DNA of 64,000 nucleotides from Barthelona sp. PCE (GCA_040285745.1 JAUFOR010000008.1:868001-932000); one strand, 5' to 3'; numbered from the stretch's first letter, positions 1 through 12,143 are shown. Notes: generated by a model from the letters alone, not told the origin. Made by a program: numbers and translations.

Positions 1-3000
1 ATACGAAGATTGGTAGCATTAAAGCAAGACGATGTATCAAGGGTACCATATAAGAAATTCATATGTAGAGGGTACCAACATGTAGCACCACCGAAAACAG
101 CAGCACCAACCACTGTAAAGTTCTTGTTAATGGGTTGAACGAGACCATTATCAATACTGGAGTGGAAGTGTCCTGTTCCTTCAATGTAAACAGTATCCAT
201 GTTAGCGGGGTTGTGTAGTGAGTTATAATACACATGACCGCCCTTAGCGTATGTATGAATGAAACCGGAGATGGTCCAATTCTGGAAAGTTGTTGTTGAA
301 CTGATGAGATCGACATTGATCATGTTAATTTCACCACCATCAAAGATGTTGACAGTACACGAAGTTGTATACATTGAAGTAGAATTATAATAGTTCATAT
401 ACTGATGTACCATAGTAGCGCTACTACAATAAGTGTAATCAACAAGCATTTCGTTATAAATACCGTGGATGTAACAACTAGAATGTGACAAACATTTGTA
501 TTCGTCCATGTAAGCATTTCTAGCCTTAAGATTCAACCTCGAGTAGGCTGTTGTATTAACATAACTCAGATACATTGAATCCGTACTGTATTGATGAGTA
601 GAACGTACAGTCACAATCTCATCACCATGGAAATCAAAGCCCTCATTCTCAAACAGGAATGTTGTGTATGTCAGATCAATCTTTTCGTTGTAGAAATCAT
701 CAGTCTTGATATCTACAGACGTACCATGTTGATAAGTACCTGATGTCTTGAAGTGAGGAATTGAGGTATTACGTGAGTCAATTACAACAGCGTTCACTCT
801 GGATGTGAAAAGGTAATCCTTGAAGTACAACTCACCAACACCATCGAAATGGAGCGTTGTGGAATGGTCAATTTCAAGACTAACCAGATCAATAACACCG
901 GCCAATGAAACGTCAACAAGTAGCATTTGTGCACTGGAACCAACAGTGACACTGGAGTTAAAAAGAGTGTTCCCAGAACCACCACAGTTTGTCATATGGA
1001 AACGTGCGCTGTCACCAACATCAATTGTTCCAAAGAAGGATATATCCTTATTGACAGCAGAATTAGTGATAAAAACATCACCGCCTGCTAACAATTCAAA
1101 GTTGTTAAATGTCAAGACACCGACAACCTCAGTTGCCGTCAAGACACCTGAACTGCGGAAGTAAGTGAGCTCAAGGTTGGGATGTAGCGGCTTTTCGATG
1201 GTTACAATGGAGTTACCATGAGTCATGTCCAAGTACTTGAAGAGCATGTATGCGTCTTCATGAACATGAATCTTACCACTAGGAACTTCATGATGGGGAA
1301 CACAGTAAAACGCACCATAAACGTCAAGGTTGAAACCAGCAATGTATTCAGGAACAGTATTAGAAGCATTCAACGTTGCACTTTGAAGGATTGTAAAATC
1401 ATTTCGATGCATGAAGGTCATCTCTGTAGTGTTATCAAAAGTCCAATCATGATATATCGAGGTCACGTAGTTGAAAATAATTGAAGTATTAACACCGATT
1501 TGAGTGGACTCATTGGCACTAAAACTACGACCCACATTCAACGTCCAGTTGAAGTTAAATGTGCAATCGTCACCCGTGAGTGTTGCAATTCCAACATCAA
1601 GGATGGGATGAATGTAATTGTAGTAATGATGTGAATCAGGAATGAGTGTTACGTTACCATTCAACAGAAGACCATCCTTGAAGAATGTCTCACCTGTGAT
1701 GTTCAATGATGATTTAGTAACAGCGGTTATCTCTGCATCCTCGACAATACAATCTCCTTCAATACGAACGTGGGTACCGTTGTGGTAATTAGACAACACC
1801 TTTGGCTGGCGGGTAGCAATACGGCATGTATCAGCATCCTTGACTGTAACATCAGGGTGAATATAACCTGATGTCCACTCGAAAATGTTGTAAGCAATAA
1901 CATCATCAGTACCGAGCAACACTGAGCCTTCGTGCATTTCAAAGTGATCAACAACCAGGGTGTGACCGGTGTTTGCAACAACCGTAGCTCCGAAAAGCAC
2001 CAGTTGTGACAGATGAAGTGGTTCCGGCACCTCATTAAGATGAACAAAACCACCGCGGAGGTACATGCCTTCAATATCAAGACCGTATTGTAGGTCACTG
2101 AACTGAATGGTACCACCAGTAACGTTAAGGAACCCAATGATAATCTTGCATTCAATATTCTCGAACATCAGTTCTCCTTCGTTCACATCAATCTTGTTAA
2201 TGTACCACGGATGTGTAGCATTACAATAGCGTGAAGAAGTCTTGAAGTGAAGAGTACCACCAATGATCGTTATGTTCTCCATGTGCATCTTTGACATTGT
2301 ATCGAAAATCAATCGACCTTGACTAACATTAACACTAGGAGCAAGTAAATAATCACCCTGGAATAACACATCACCACCATTTTCAATGGCAAAGAAACCA
2401 TTAGGTCCATCAATGACAGAGTTGGGACCAAACTTGTAAGGAGAAATTACAGTAAACCGAGAGTTTCTGTCCATATAAAATTGACCATCGGAAACACCAT
2501 ATTCACTGATAGTAAAGCGACCATCAGGTAAAATGTGAAGATAACCATCATTAACGAAATCCCACTCGAGGAAGAATTCACGAGCGTATAAACCACCATT
2601 CAATACGAATTTGGCAGGTTTATCAAACGAACGGTCATAACGCAGGTTGACTAACTCAAGAGAAATGTTCTTGGTCGCAACAATCTCAAAATAACCTGGG
2701 TAACCACCATAAATTGGGTATAACGAGTTCCAAACGACAGAACTGTTAATAAACAATGAAACACCTGACCAATATCGTTCGAAATTACCGGCAATATCGA
2801 GCATTCCACTAACAGACAGAAGGGTGTTGTCAGTACCTGAGAAACCACCACCTAACCAGCGCATAGTGTTCAACACCGACATATCTGTGTCATCAAGAAA
2901 AAGATTTCCTGATTGCACCGAAACATAATCCATACTTACTGGTTCCATATCTTGGAAAGTAAAATTGGCTCCAGTCAACGAAAGAACATTCAGTCCATCA

Positions 3001-6000
3001 GGCATTTGAGGTGTGTATACCTGACCGTCCGTTCCGTTAAAAAGATGAAAGTCATAATCAGCTTCAGCACCAAAGCGCACTGTTCCGTTATGTAAAGAAA
3101 AGTAAGGGGGGAGATCAACCAAACCGTCAAGATACAACTCGGTCTCGGCATCCATAACAAGTGGGTTATCAACAATATATACCTCTGAATCCGGGCCGAA
3201 TCGATATGACCCCTTTTTGAGTGTCAATCTAACATCATTAACATCCTCAATCGGTGTTTTGTACTCTGACTCGCGGAAAACATAACACTCAAGTTCGCGT
3301 GTTACACGACGAGTGCATTTGAACTCATCAACCTCAAGAGATCCAATCGACTCAGTGACATTACACACGCTACACTCACATGAATCCTTGAAGCACAGGC
3401 ACTCTTCACAGTCATCGCCCGTACAGTCACAGTTACGTGACTTGAGCGAGTGAAGGTATTCTTCGTGTGACTCTGGACGAGCCATGTCGTACTTGGTGTG
3501 AATGTCAACAGAACATGCTGGTGAACAACCATGTGCCTCGACAGTCTTAGTGTTGTCCTTTACGGAATCACACTCGACAACAGCCAAGTCCTTCCATTCG
3601 CAAAGAACCTGCCTTTCACGACAGTCCTTGGCATAATATCCGCAAACTGATGTGCGATTGTATGATGACTGGGGAAGGTACCGCTTGATACCGTCGACCT
3701 GGGGTCCATCATTACAATCACCAGGGTATGTAAAATTGTTGGTAGTGACAGGTTCGCTGTAACCAGCAAAAATGCCATCAACTTCATACTGAGAGAGGGA
3801 CTCTTCTGTAAGAATGCAGTTAACAACGTTTTCCTTCACTGGAGCACCATTCATACGCCAAATACGGTTGTCATAATAATTTGAGCCATCATAAGAACGT
3901 CCACCGGGAGATTTGAGCACAATGTTAGCGTCGGCTCCACCTGTAAGAGTCATGTTACCTCGATACCAACGTAGCATACCTGTGTCGGCACCCATCACAG
4001 TCCATTCGATGAGTGCATTCAAATCATATGCGTAACGTAGCTCTCTGTTAATAATTAGCTGGGGGTATCGATTCTGTTCATCTTCGTGCCCACTGGATAT
4101 GGTGCGCAAGAAATCGAACTGTGTTTCGATCTGATTGTCTCCCTCGATGTACATCTTAGCATAATCGTGACCCATAACGAATGTGCAATTCTCATCATTG
4201 TACAGTACATTGACCTCCATTGTTGATGAATGTTTCATTACGTGAGTACCATTGGTCAGACATTCCATTCGTTGGATAATTTGATTTGATGATGTATCAA
4301 AAGTACCGCTGTACCAATACAGTCTTGATTTGACTTCAAGAACTGACGAACCACTACGTACAGATTCATCTGCCATAGTTAGGATAGATGTAATAAGTGA
4401 AGCAGAATAAGATACAGTCAGTTCAGATTCTTCATACAGAGAAACAGATTCTCCAATACGGAAATCTGATGAAATATAAGCGAATGTTAGATGACACTTG
4501 TTATAAAGAGCAAATCTCTTGAACAATGTAACCAAACCATTAACGTTACCAATATATATAGTACCACCATATAAAACAGGCTCATTCTGAAGCTTAAATG
4601 TACCACTTACGTACCTGATCAATACATCTGAGTTGTACTCAAAAAAGTTTTCAATCAAAACAACACCTACAATATGTGTATAACTAACATCACAGCGTGT
4701 CATATTGATGGTGCCAATCTCAAGATCAAGAATCTGAGTGTGATAAGTCATAACACTATCGGTACACATAACGTCACCCTTCGACATAACACCAACATGG
4801 TTACCTTCAAAATGAGAATTAATCATTGTGAGGGTATCTATTGATGTAGTCTCAGTGCTTCGATCAACGTACATAACACATTTTGTCTTATCGTACTCAA
4901 CACACTCTGAGTTAATCTCACGAGCGTGCACGTTCTTACTTCTTTCAAAAGATACATAGGCAGATGTATTTAGTAAACCAATAGAAATCGTATCAACAGT
5001 GCTAGTTATGATCTTTGAATCAACAAGCTGAACAATACTATCCAGTTGAAGTTTGCCAGAACTGGTTAACTGTACTTTTGAAGTGTTGTGAAGAGTTCCT
5101 TGACCCAGACGAAGAAGCGTATTGATATTATTTCCAGTCACATCGCCATGAATATCGAAATTATTAATCTCAATTCCGTATGATAGAGGATTAGCAGTGA
5201 TATAACTGTTACCATCCATGAAAAGATGCTCGATATACGTACCAAATGAACTTGCAGCAGTAATATATGATCCTCTTGTTAGAGAAAGATCTGTTACCTC
5301 TACAAAGTTACTGGTATGAGTCAGTTGACGAATAAAACTTGCATCATCCAACGTCATACTGTCAACCATAACCTTACCCTGGAGATGGTATGTGTACATA
5401 TTTGAATGTGATTGTCCGTTAATGATTGCGTACTCGAAGTCCATCGTGCAATAAAGCATCGAAAGTTTGGAACTAAAATTCATCTGAACATCTAATATCT
5501 TGTTCAGGTAATTAGTGTTCACACGGATGAATTGGAAGATACCATTGTTGAGAGAGATATTACCAAGTGTAACAAGACTGTCTTCAATTGTATCCAGCTC
5601 AACGCTTGATGATGAAACATTGAAGTTGGCCAAAGTAAGAATAGTACTACTAGAACCGTTCTTCAACTCCATTACAGAGCCGTTCAATACTTTAATATCA
5701 TGAGTGATACCAATGGCAAGCTGTTGGATGTTATGAACATACAGTTTTGCATTATTAATCACTAACATATCCCATTCCTGAGTAACATCACCTGTATAGG
5801 TCATACTCATTGTACCGTTTATACCCCTGATCGAATCAAGGAAACATTCGGCATCAGAACAGTTATATCGCACCATATTGAACTGGATATCGGAGTTAAA
5901 GTATGTTATTGTCTGATAATCTTGAATAGTACCTGTGAAAATTAGAGTACCACCCCACAACTGCTTAATATGAACAGAAGCGTTATAATTACCTTTGAAT

Positions 6001-7916
6001 TCGCACAAACCATCGTACATTGTACGAATGGAACCAAGACCGTGAAGGCCTGAAAACATATCGAACTCATGATGCGCACGAACAACAACATATGAATCTA
6101 CCGAATTCACTGACCAGTGACCCGTTTGAACTGTCTTATACTCGGTATCGAAGAAAAACAACGAATCTTGTTCAAGTACAGTCTTGATTGCAGGATACTG
6201 ATCAATCTGGTTGTAGTTAACGTAACCTTTGAAGTAAACAGTTGTGTTGAAGAGGGTGAAATTACCTCTGTTCTCAAACCTTGAAGAAATAGCGGTGTTT
6301 GACAGAAAGACGACATTGTGATCAACGTCGCCTACCTTTACCTCAGTCTTGTTCAAGTTCTGGATGAGATTATTCCCATACATAACGAACTGAGTTCCTC
6401 CAAGAATTGTCATATTTCGTTGATTGATGATTGTAACACCCGAACGCATATCAAGTTGCATGTAGCGACCAATGAAAAGCTCACCATTATTTGTTAACGT
6501 AACACTATCCTTAAGGATAAATGTTCCGTCCATGAAATAAGTGTAGGCGTAGTCTGAAATATAACAATCAATATCCATTGTTCCGTTATGCAACGTCTGC
6601 AGACGCATGTTCTTCAACAACGAAGTACCCTCAACGAGACCACCTGTTTGGGTATGGTTCCATAGAGTTACTGTTCCTTCCACAAAGAACTGAACAGTTC
6701 CACCACGAACATCCATACGTGCCATTGAGATACCACCCCAGTTAGAACCATATTCATATACAGTTCTGCCGGCATGGATTGTCAGGTCAGTTCCCATTGC
6801 ACCATACTGCGCACCCTCGCGGACACGAACAGTACCACCGTCAACTTCAAGGAAAACTGTCGCAGCGAAAACTTGACACCCTTCATTGAAATATATGGAG
6901 GCTGAATTAGGAACATAGGCGTCGAACCTAATGATACGTGCATCAACGTCAATATAGAGAATCACATCCTCCTGAACAAAAACACGGCCTTCAAAGAGAT
7001 AAGTGGAAGAAATGTATGTCGTATCACCGATTACAAATTTACCAGTACCCTCAATTCGGGAACCACGTCTATATCTGAAACCATACGGATGTATTCCGCT
7101 GGTGGGCGATAATGTCTTAAGAGTACCTTCATCATCAATGAAAGTTTCGCCGACATCCCACTCACCATTCGTATAACGCAGTTCACCTCTTTTAATAACA
7201 ATTCGCTCTTGATTGACAATCTCAAAGTCCATCTCGACTATACCATAATCCCAGTCAAATGTATTGTTCGACCACTGATCAAACAGTGTATAACCCACCA
7301 AATCAACCTCTATTAAACCTAAATTGGTAATTAAAGGTTGCCATGATGAAGTTGTGATCGACATAAACCTAGACGGGGCCGCTATCTTCATAGATGAACC
7401 AAATGCGTTTTGAATAAAAGTACCAGCTGAGGCTTCTAATACTGTGGGATCAGAAAATTCTAGATAACCTAAATTTAAAATACCAGAAGCCAGATAAAAT
7501 ACTTTAGGCTGAGTAGTCCTAAAGAATCCCTTACCTGTGGATGATTGTGTACGATCAATGACAATCTGACCTGAACCGCCCAGTCCACCTGAACGGAAGT
7601 GTAGTTCGCCTGTAATCGACAAATCGTTTGAGTTATTCAGCCAAAGTACTGGGAATACAGACGAATCATCTGCACCCAAATACATTTCTGAAATAGAATA
7701 ACCCCATTCATCCATCAACCCTATGTGGTAGAGTTCTGGACATGATTTTGTGACATAAACGGTGTCTGTTGGGGTAGGCACCGAGTTTGTGTCCCAGTTT
7801 GAAGATGTATCCCAATCACCACCTTCACAGTTGTTCCAATAAACATCTAAGGCGACGACAGAAGAAAAAGAAAGAAAGAATATCACACACAAAGACAAAA
7901 AATGCTTGGAATTCAT
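1..7916 (-). CDS. Giant secreted/surface protein (>=2638 aa, runs off the window), beta-helix/autotransporter-passenger-like with Cys-rich inserts
   Basis: Manual translation from ATG 7916 gives MNSKHFLSLCVIFFLSFSSVVA-LDVYWNNCEGGDWDTSSNWDTNSVP. I found no stop in the stretches translated, and the same frame is open at position 3 (...NATNLR). It is absent from the ORF track, consistent with having no in-window stop. Signal peptide, GxWxxxxNW start motif, many N-x-S/T sites. Confidence 0.85.
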   Translation of the reverse strand, partial: MNSKHFLSLCVIFFLSFSSVVALDVYWNNCEGGDWDTSSNWDTNSVPTPTDTVYVTKSCPELYHIGLMDEWGYSISEMYLGADDSSVFPVLWLNNSNDLSITGELHFRSGGLGGSGQIVIDRTQSSTGKGFFRTTQPKVFYLASGILNLGYLEFSDPTVLEASAGTFIQNAFGSSMKIAAPSRFMSITTSSWQPLITNLGLIEVDLVGYTLFDQWSNNTFDWDYGIVEMDFEIVNQERIVIKRGELRYTNGEWDVGETFIDDEGTLKTLSPTSGIHPYGFRYRRGSRIEGTGKFVIGDTTYISSTYLFEGRVFVQEDVILYIDVDARIIRFDAYVPNSASIYFNEGCQVFAATVFLEVDGGTVRVREGAQYGAMGTDLTIHAGRTVYEYGSNWGGISMARMDVRGGTVQFFVEGTVTLWNHTQTGGLVEGTSLLKNMRLQTLHNGTMDIDCYISDYAYTYFMDGTFILKDSVTLTNNGELFIGRYMQLDMRSGVTIINQRNMTILGGTQFVMYGNNLIQNLNKTEVKVGDVDHNVVFLSNTAISSRFENRGNFTLFNTTVYFKGYVNYNQIDQYPAIKTVLEQDSLFFFDTEYKTVQTGHWSVNSVDSYVVVRAHHEFDMFSGLHGLGSIRTMYDGLCEFKGNYNASVHIKQLWGGTLIFTGTIQDYQTITYFNSDIQFNMVRYNCSDAECFLDSIRGINGTMSMTYTGDVTQEWDMLVINNAKLYVHNIQQLAIGITHDIKVLNGSVMELKNGSSSTILTLANFNVSSSSVELDTIEDSLVTLGNISLNNGIFQFIRVNTNYLNKILDVQMNFSSKLSMLYCTMDFEYAIINGQSHSNMYTYHLQGKVMVDSMTLDDASFIRQLTHTSNFVEVTDLSLTRGSYITAASSFGTYIEHLFMDGNSYITANPLSYGIEINNFDIHGDVTGNNINTLLRLGQGTLHNTSKVQLTSSGKLQLDSIVQLVDSKIITSTVDTISIGLLNTSAYVSFERSKNVHAREINSECVEYDKTKCVMYVDRSTETTSIDTLTMINSHFEGNHVGVMSKGDVMCTDSVMTYHTQILDLEIGTINMTRCDVSYTHIVGVVLIENFFEYNSDVLIRYVSGTFKLQNEPVLYGGTIYIGNVNGLVTLFKRFALYNKCHLTFAYISSDFRIGESVSLYEESELTVSYSASLITSILTMADESVRSGSSVLEVKSRLYWYSGTFDTSSNQIIQRMECLTNGTHVMKHSSTMEVNVLYNDENCTFVMGHDYAKMYIEGDNQIETQFDFLRTISSGHEDEQNRYPQLIINRELRYAYDLNALIEWTVMGADTGMLRWYRGNMTLTGGADANIVLKSPGGRSYDGSNYYDNRIWRMNGAPVKENVVNCILTEESLSQYEVDGIFAGYSEPVTTNNFTYPGDCNDGPQVDGIKRYLPQSSYNRTSVCGYYAKDCRERQVLCEWKDLAVVECDSVKDNTKTVEAHGCSPACSVDIHTKYDMARPESHEEYLHSLKSRNCDCTGDDCEECLCFKDSCECSVCNVTESIGSLEVDEFKCTRRVTRELECYVFRESEYKTPIEDVNDVRLTLKKGSYRFGPDSEVYIVDNPLVMDAETELYLDGLVDLPPYFSLHNGTVRFGAEADYDFHLFNGTDGQVYTPQMPDGLNVLSLTGANFTFQDMEPVSMDYVSVQSGNLFLDDTDMSVLNTMRWLGGGFSGTDNTLLSVSGMLDIAGNFERYWSGVSLFINSSVVWNSLYPIYGGYPGYFEIVATKNISLELVNLRYDRSFDKPAKFVLNGGLYAREFFLEWDFVNDGYLHILPDGRFTISEYGVSDGQFYMDRNSRFTVISPYKFGPNSVIDGPNGFFAIENGGDVLFQGDYLLAPSVNVSQGRLIFDTMSKMHMENITIIGGTLHFKTSSRYCNATHPWYINKIDVNEGELMFENIECKIIIGFLNVTGGTIQFSDLQYGLDIEGMYLRGGFVHLNEVPEPLHLSQLVLFGATVVANTGHTLVVDHFEMHEGSVLLGTDDVIAYNIFEWTSGYIHPDVTVKDADTCRIATRQPKVLSNYHNGTHVRIEGDCIVEDAEITAVTKSSLNITGETFFKDGLLLNGNVTLIPDSHHYYNYIHPILDVGIATLTGDDCTFNFNWTLNVGRSFSANESTQIGVNTSIIFNYVTSIYHDWTFDNTTEMTFMHRNDFTILQSATLNASNTVPEYIAGFNLDVYGAFYCVPHHEVPSGKIHVHEDAYMLFKYLDMTHGNSIVTIEKPLHPNLELTYFRSSGVLTATEVVGVLTFNNFELLAGGDVFITNSAVNKDISFFGTIDVGDSARFHMTNCGGSGNTLFNSSVTVGSSAQMLLVDVSLAGVIDLVSLEIDHSTTLHFDGVGELYFKDYLFTSRVNAVVIDSRNTSIPHFKTSGTYQHGTSVDIKTDDFYNEKIDLTYTTFLFENEGFDFHGDEIVTVRSTHQYSTDSMYLSYVNTTAYSRLNLKARNAYMDEYKCLSHSSCYIHGIYNEMLVDYTYCSSATMVHQYMNYYNSTSMYTTSCTVNIFDGGEINMINVDLISSTTTFQNWTISGFIHTYAKGGHVYYNSLHNPANMDTVYIEGTGHFHSSIDNGLVQPINKNFTVVGAAVFGGATCWYPLHMNFLYGTLDTSSCFNATNLR

Positions 7917-8235
7917 CGCTTAGAACTTTAAACGTTTTAAAAAGAAAAGAAATATAGAAAAACATCCAAACTTGGTGTAATCTCTTTTTACTTCTGCGCA
8001 AAAGCATCAAATGACATATTTATGCCCATATTATGCTATAAAAATCTGCTTCAACACACAGTAAGCATATTCATAATTTTCACACCTATTCGTTACATTT
8101 GTTTGGTATACAGTAATGGAAGTGATTCACTCGCTGATTTTACAGGATTGAGATTGTTTTATGGAGTTTTATTTTTATGAGAAATATTTGCAAGAATGAC
8201 TTTTGTGTTTTTAGTTGAATGCTCTTTATTAATAC

Positions 8236-8772
8236 TCATTTTTGCACGCAAATGGGGCTGTTATAGATGGAAAAGGGCATACTTTGTTGAATACGCTGTT
8301 GAATGACTGTTGAGATTGTTGCAATGGACGAAACGATGTTCTGGATCTCTTTCATCTTTATGATGTGCTCTTCATCGAAAACTGGGTCTGATGGATCCAT
8401 TTTAATGCGCCTTTTACGTTGGATAATTCGAGATTGTTTTGTGCTGTTTTTCTTTTTTAAGATTTCATCTACATAGCATCTTAGGATATCAGAGATTGTA
8501 CTTCCATGGTAAGTGAAGCATTGTATTGAATCATTCTCTTCCTTATTGACTGATTTGTATTCGAAAAAAAATACATTCTTTGAGAAGCCCCATTTGCATA
8601 TTTCATCAAAAGGGAATATTCTAATATATGTATCCCCTGCATTGGTCGAGATCCCATTCCTACTTACCTCAAAGAAGCACTTTGATCCAATGTGGATTGT
8701 TCCGTTTTCTATTTTTTCAATGCGTTTTGTGAAAAACTTACGGCGCTCAGCTTCTATGTGCTGGAATGACAT
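8236..8772 (-). CDS. Stand-alone FERM F3/PTB-like domain protein (talin-F3-like)
   Basis: FPFDEICKWGFSKNVFFFEY...TYHGSTISDILRCYVDEILKKK resembles talin F3 (IKRWAAS...QTTEGEQIAQLIAGYIDIILKKK). First ATG after the upstream in-frame TAA is at 8772. Confidence 0.6.
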   Translation of the reverse strand: MSFQHIEAERRKFFTKRIEKIENGTIHIGSKCFFEVSRNGISTNAGDTYIRIFPFDEICKWGFSKNVFFFEYKSVNKEENDSIQCFTYHGSTISDILRCYVDEILKKKNSTKQSRIIQRKRRIKMDPSDPVFDEEHIIKMKEIQNIVSSIATISTVIQQRIQQSMPFSIYNSPICVQK

Positions 8773-8983
8773 GCCGATCTGTTGTAAGGGAATAAATCTA
8801 TTTTGCAAAGTTTACCAAGTTCGTAGAAATGAAGATAGCCCTGCAAACATAAATGTTCAATAATTTCCTTTATTTTTTTGAATCAAAAGTGACATAAATG
8901 AATATTTTATCCACTAAACATGTAATAAATAACCAAAAATATTCGCACAATATTTTTTTTCCCTTTTTACAACCCTAAACTGG

Positions 8984-9556
8984 ATGAAAAACTTTTTTAA
9001 CAATTCAACCGACATCACAAAGGAGGGCCTTAAGCGGGTATCGCAGTTGTTGAACCCTAACATACCCACAATTGAAGATGATCTTACAAACAGTATTAAA
9101 GCTGTATCTTTAACGATAGGTAAGGGTATTGCTCTTCGAGCAGCTAACTCTGCTGCTGGTGGAGCCAAGTCAGGAGCTCTTTTTGGAATACTCAACAGCG
9201 TTATTTCAGCAACAGGGGAAGAACCAATTCCCTTTACTGTACCAAATGTCACAGGGTCATGCATCAATACCGCCAAATCCATGGCCATCAATTCTGCAGT
9301 CGTTTCATTCTCTAACGATTTTTTGAGTTTGGGTCTCCGTAAAAGAGGTGCTCTTGTTCATGGAGCTGCAGCATCCATTGCAGCGCTTGCCACGACACCA
9401 GGCTCCATGAAGCACCGTTTTGAGAAAGGTATTGTTACTGGAGTTGCCACTATGGGACTCGATTTAGTATTAGGTAGAGCTCTTGTTGAACCCCTAACTT
9501 TAAAGAAAGAGAAGAAGTGCACCCCACGTATATCAATCCCATTCCTTAAGAAATAA
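8984..9556 (+). CDS. Tim17/Tim22/Tim23-family membrane protein (divergent)
   Basis: 190 aa with Gly/Ala-zipper helices (SAAGGAKSGALFG) and a PRAT-like segment (NDFLSLGLRKRGALVHGAAASIAALA). Confidence 0.6.
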   Translation: MKNFFNNSTDITKEGLKRVSQLLNPNIPTIEDDLTNSIKAVSLTIGKGIALRAANSAAGGAKSGALFGILNSVISATGEEPIPFTVPNVTGSCINTAKSMAINSAVVSFSNDFLSLGLRKRGALVHGAAASIAALATTPGSMKHRFEKGIVTGVATMGLDLVLGRALVEPLTLKKEKKCTPRISIPFLKK

Positions 9557-9569
9557 ATCTGTGAATATT

Positions 9570-10940
<1,371 letters not shown>

Positions 10941-11322
10941 TTACCAATATGTATTAGAATGATGATAAAGGGGAACAACACTTAACAAGTTTAAAGCATG
11001 TTGCTATCATCATAAGTGTCCCTTTACCGTTACGTTTCCCTATGTCCTTCATTTTTAGTTCATATCATCACTTGAAATACACAGAATAAGATTTTTCATT
11101 GAAAAAAAAATTATGTATGCTAAATATCGTTGTTTCCATATTGTATATGTTTGTCATCCCGTTATATTCAGTAAATATTCCGTCTAAGGTTGAGACAAGA
11201 AAAATTAAAAGTTGAAAAGCAACAGGTTCTTTTCATTATATTTTAAAAACAATTAAATCATTATAATGTGTTTCTTTCTTTATTATCAACTCGATTATGC
11301 AGAGCAAAGGAGAAAAAAACGC

Positions 11323-12143
11323 TTAGTAGTAACCAATCTTGTTAGCAATCATGACGGCTTCCTGATCCTCAGGGAGCTTAATGTAAGCCTTCTTGTCACC
11401 TTGAGGACGAACGAGGGTGTTAATTCTCTCGGCTTCAATCTGGTACAACTCCTTGAAAGCGTTCTTGATCTGGTTCTTGGTGGCACGGACATCAACAATG
11501 TAGGTGATGGTGTTGTGATCCTCAAGAAGCTTGACAGTCTTGGTAGTACTGTGAGGCATCTTTAAGATGGTGAAAGCATCAAGCTTAGGACCGTTTTTGA
11601 GAGGAGCACGCTCGTAACGGGGAGCACGAGTAAGCTTCAAGGCTAGGTGTTAGGGTTGTGTGTCAAAGGAAAACAGACAGCTGTATGAAAATCTTACAAC
11701 AAATTTCTTGAATGCATTTTGGTCTTAAAGCGAGCACGTGGGTGCACACTATGTTGTGTGAAAATACCCACTTCTAATAGTGTTGCATCCTGACTAAAAT
11801 GTACATAGAAAATACTGTAAATGTGTTTAACCTATCTCAATACACAATCTTGTGTAATAAAAACAAGCGATATAACACATTACCAGTTTCATGATTAATC
11901 ACAAAACACCATTAAGCACATTGCAGACATCAACAGAACAAAAATACGTATATTATGCTCAGTCACGTATATGCTTCAGTGTATTGGTGATTTGGTGTTG
12001 GTGTATCCAACTGCTGACCGTTTTCTTTGTTAAAAAATACTCTTAGGCTTGCGGAACTTGATGCTAGTTCTCTTCTTGTTAACGCGCGTTTTGACACCAT
12101 GCTTGACGGCGGCGGCGGTCTTCTGGGCTTGGGACTTGGCCAT
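11323..12143 (-). CDS. RPL23A: 60S ribosomal protein L23a/uL23, two exons (12143-12041 and 11642-11323)
   Basis: Exon 1 MAKSQAQKTAAAVKHGVKTRVNKKRTSIKFRKPK splices in frame to T-LKLTRAPRY...EDHNTITYIVDVRATKNQIK...INTLVRPQGDKKAYIKL. Confidence 0.95.
11643..12040 (-). other. Spliceosomal intron of RPL23A, 398 nt, phase 1
   Basis: GTATTT...CTAACACCTAG; removal restores the conserved FRKPKTLKL. Confidence 0.9.

Noticed and set aside
59-7225. Many short ORFs listed across 1-7.9 kb
   Set aside because: They are shadow frames of the single giant minus-strand gene
8810-8815. In-frame TAA upstream of the FERM-like ORF as a sign of a TAR=Gln genetic code
   Set aside because: Conserved genes end in TAA or TAG at the expected positions, and long ORFs contain no internal TAR
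11650-11658. TTAGGGTT as a telomere seed or telomerase template
   Set aside because: It is the reverse complement of the RPL23A intron branch site
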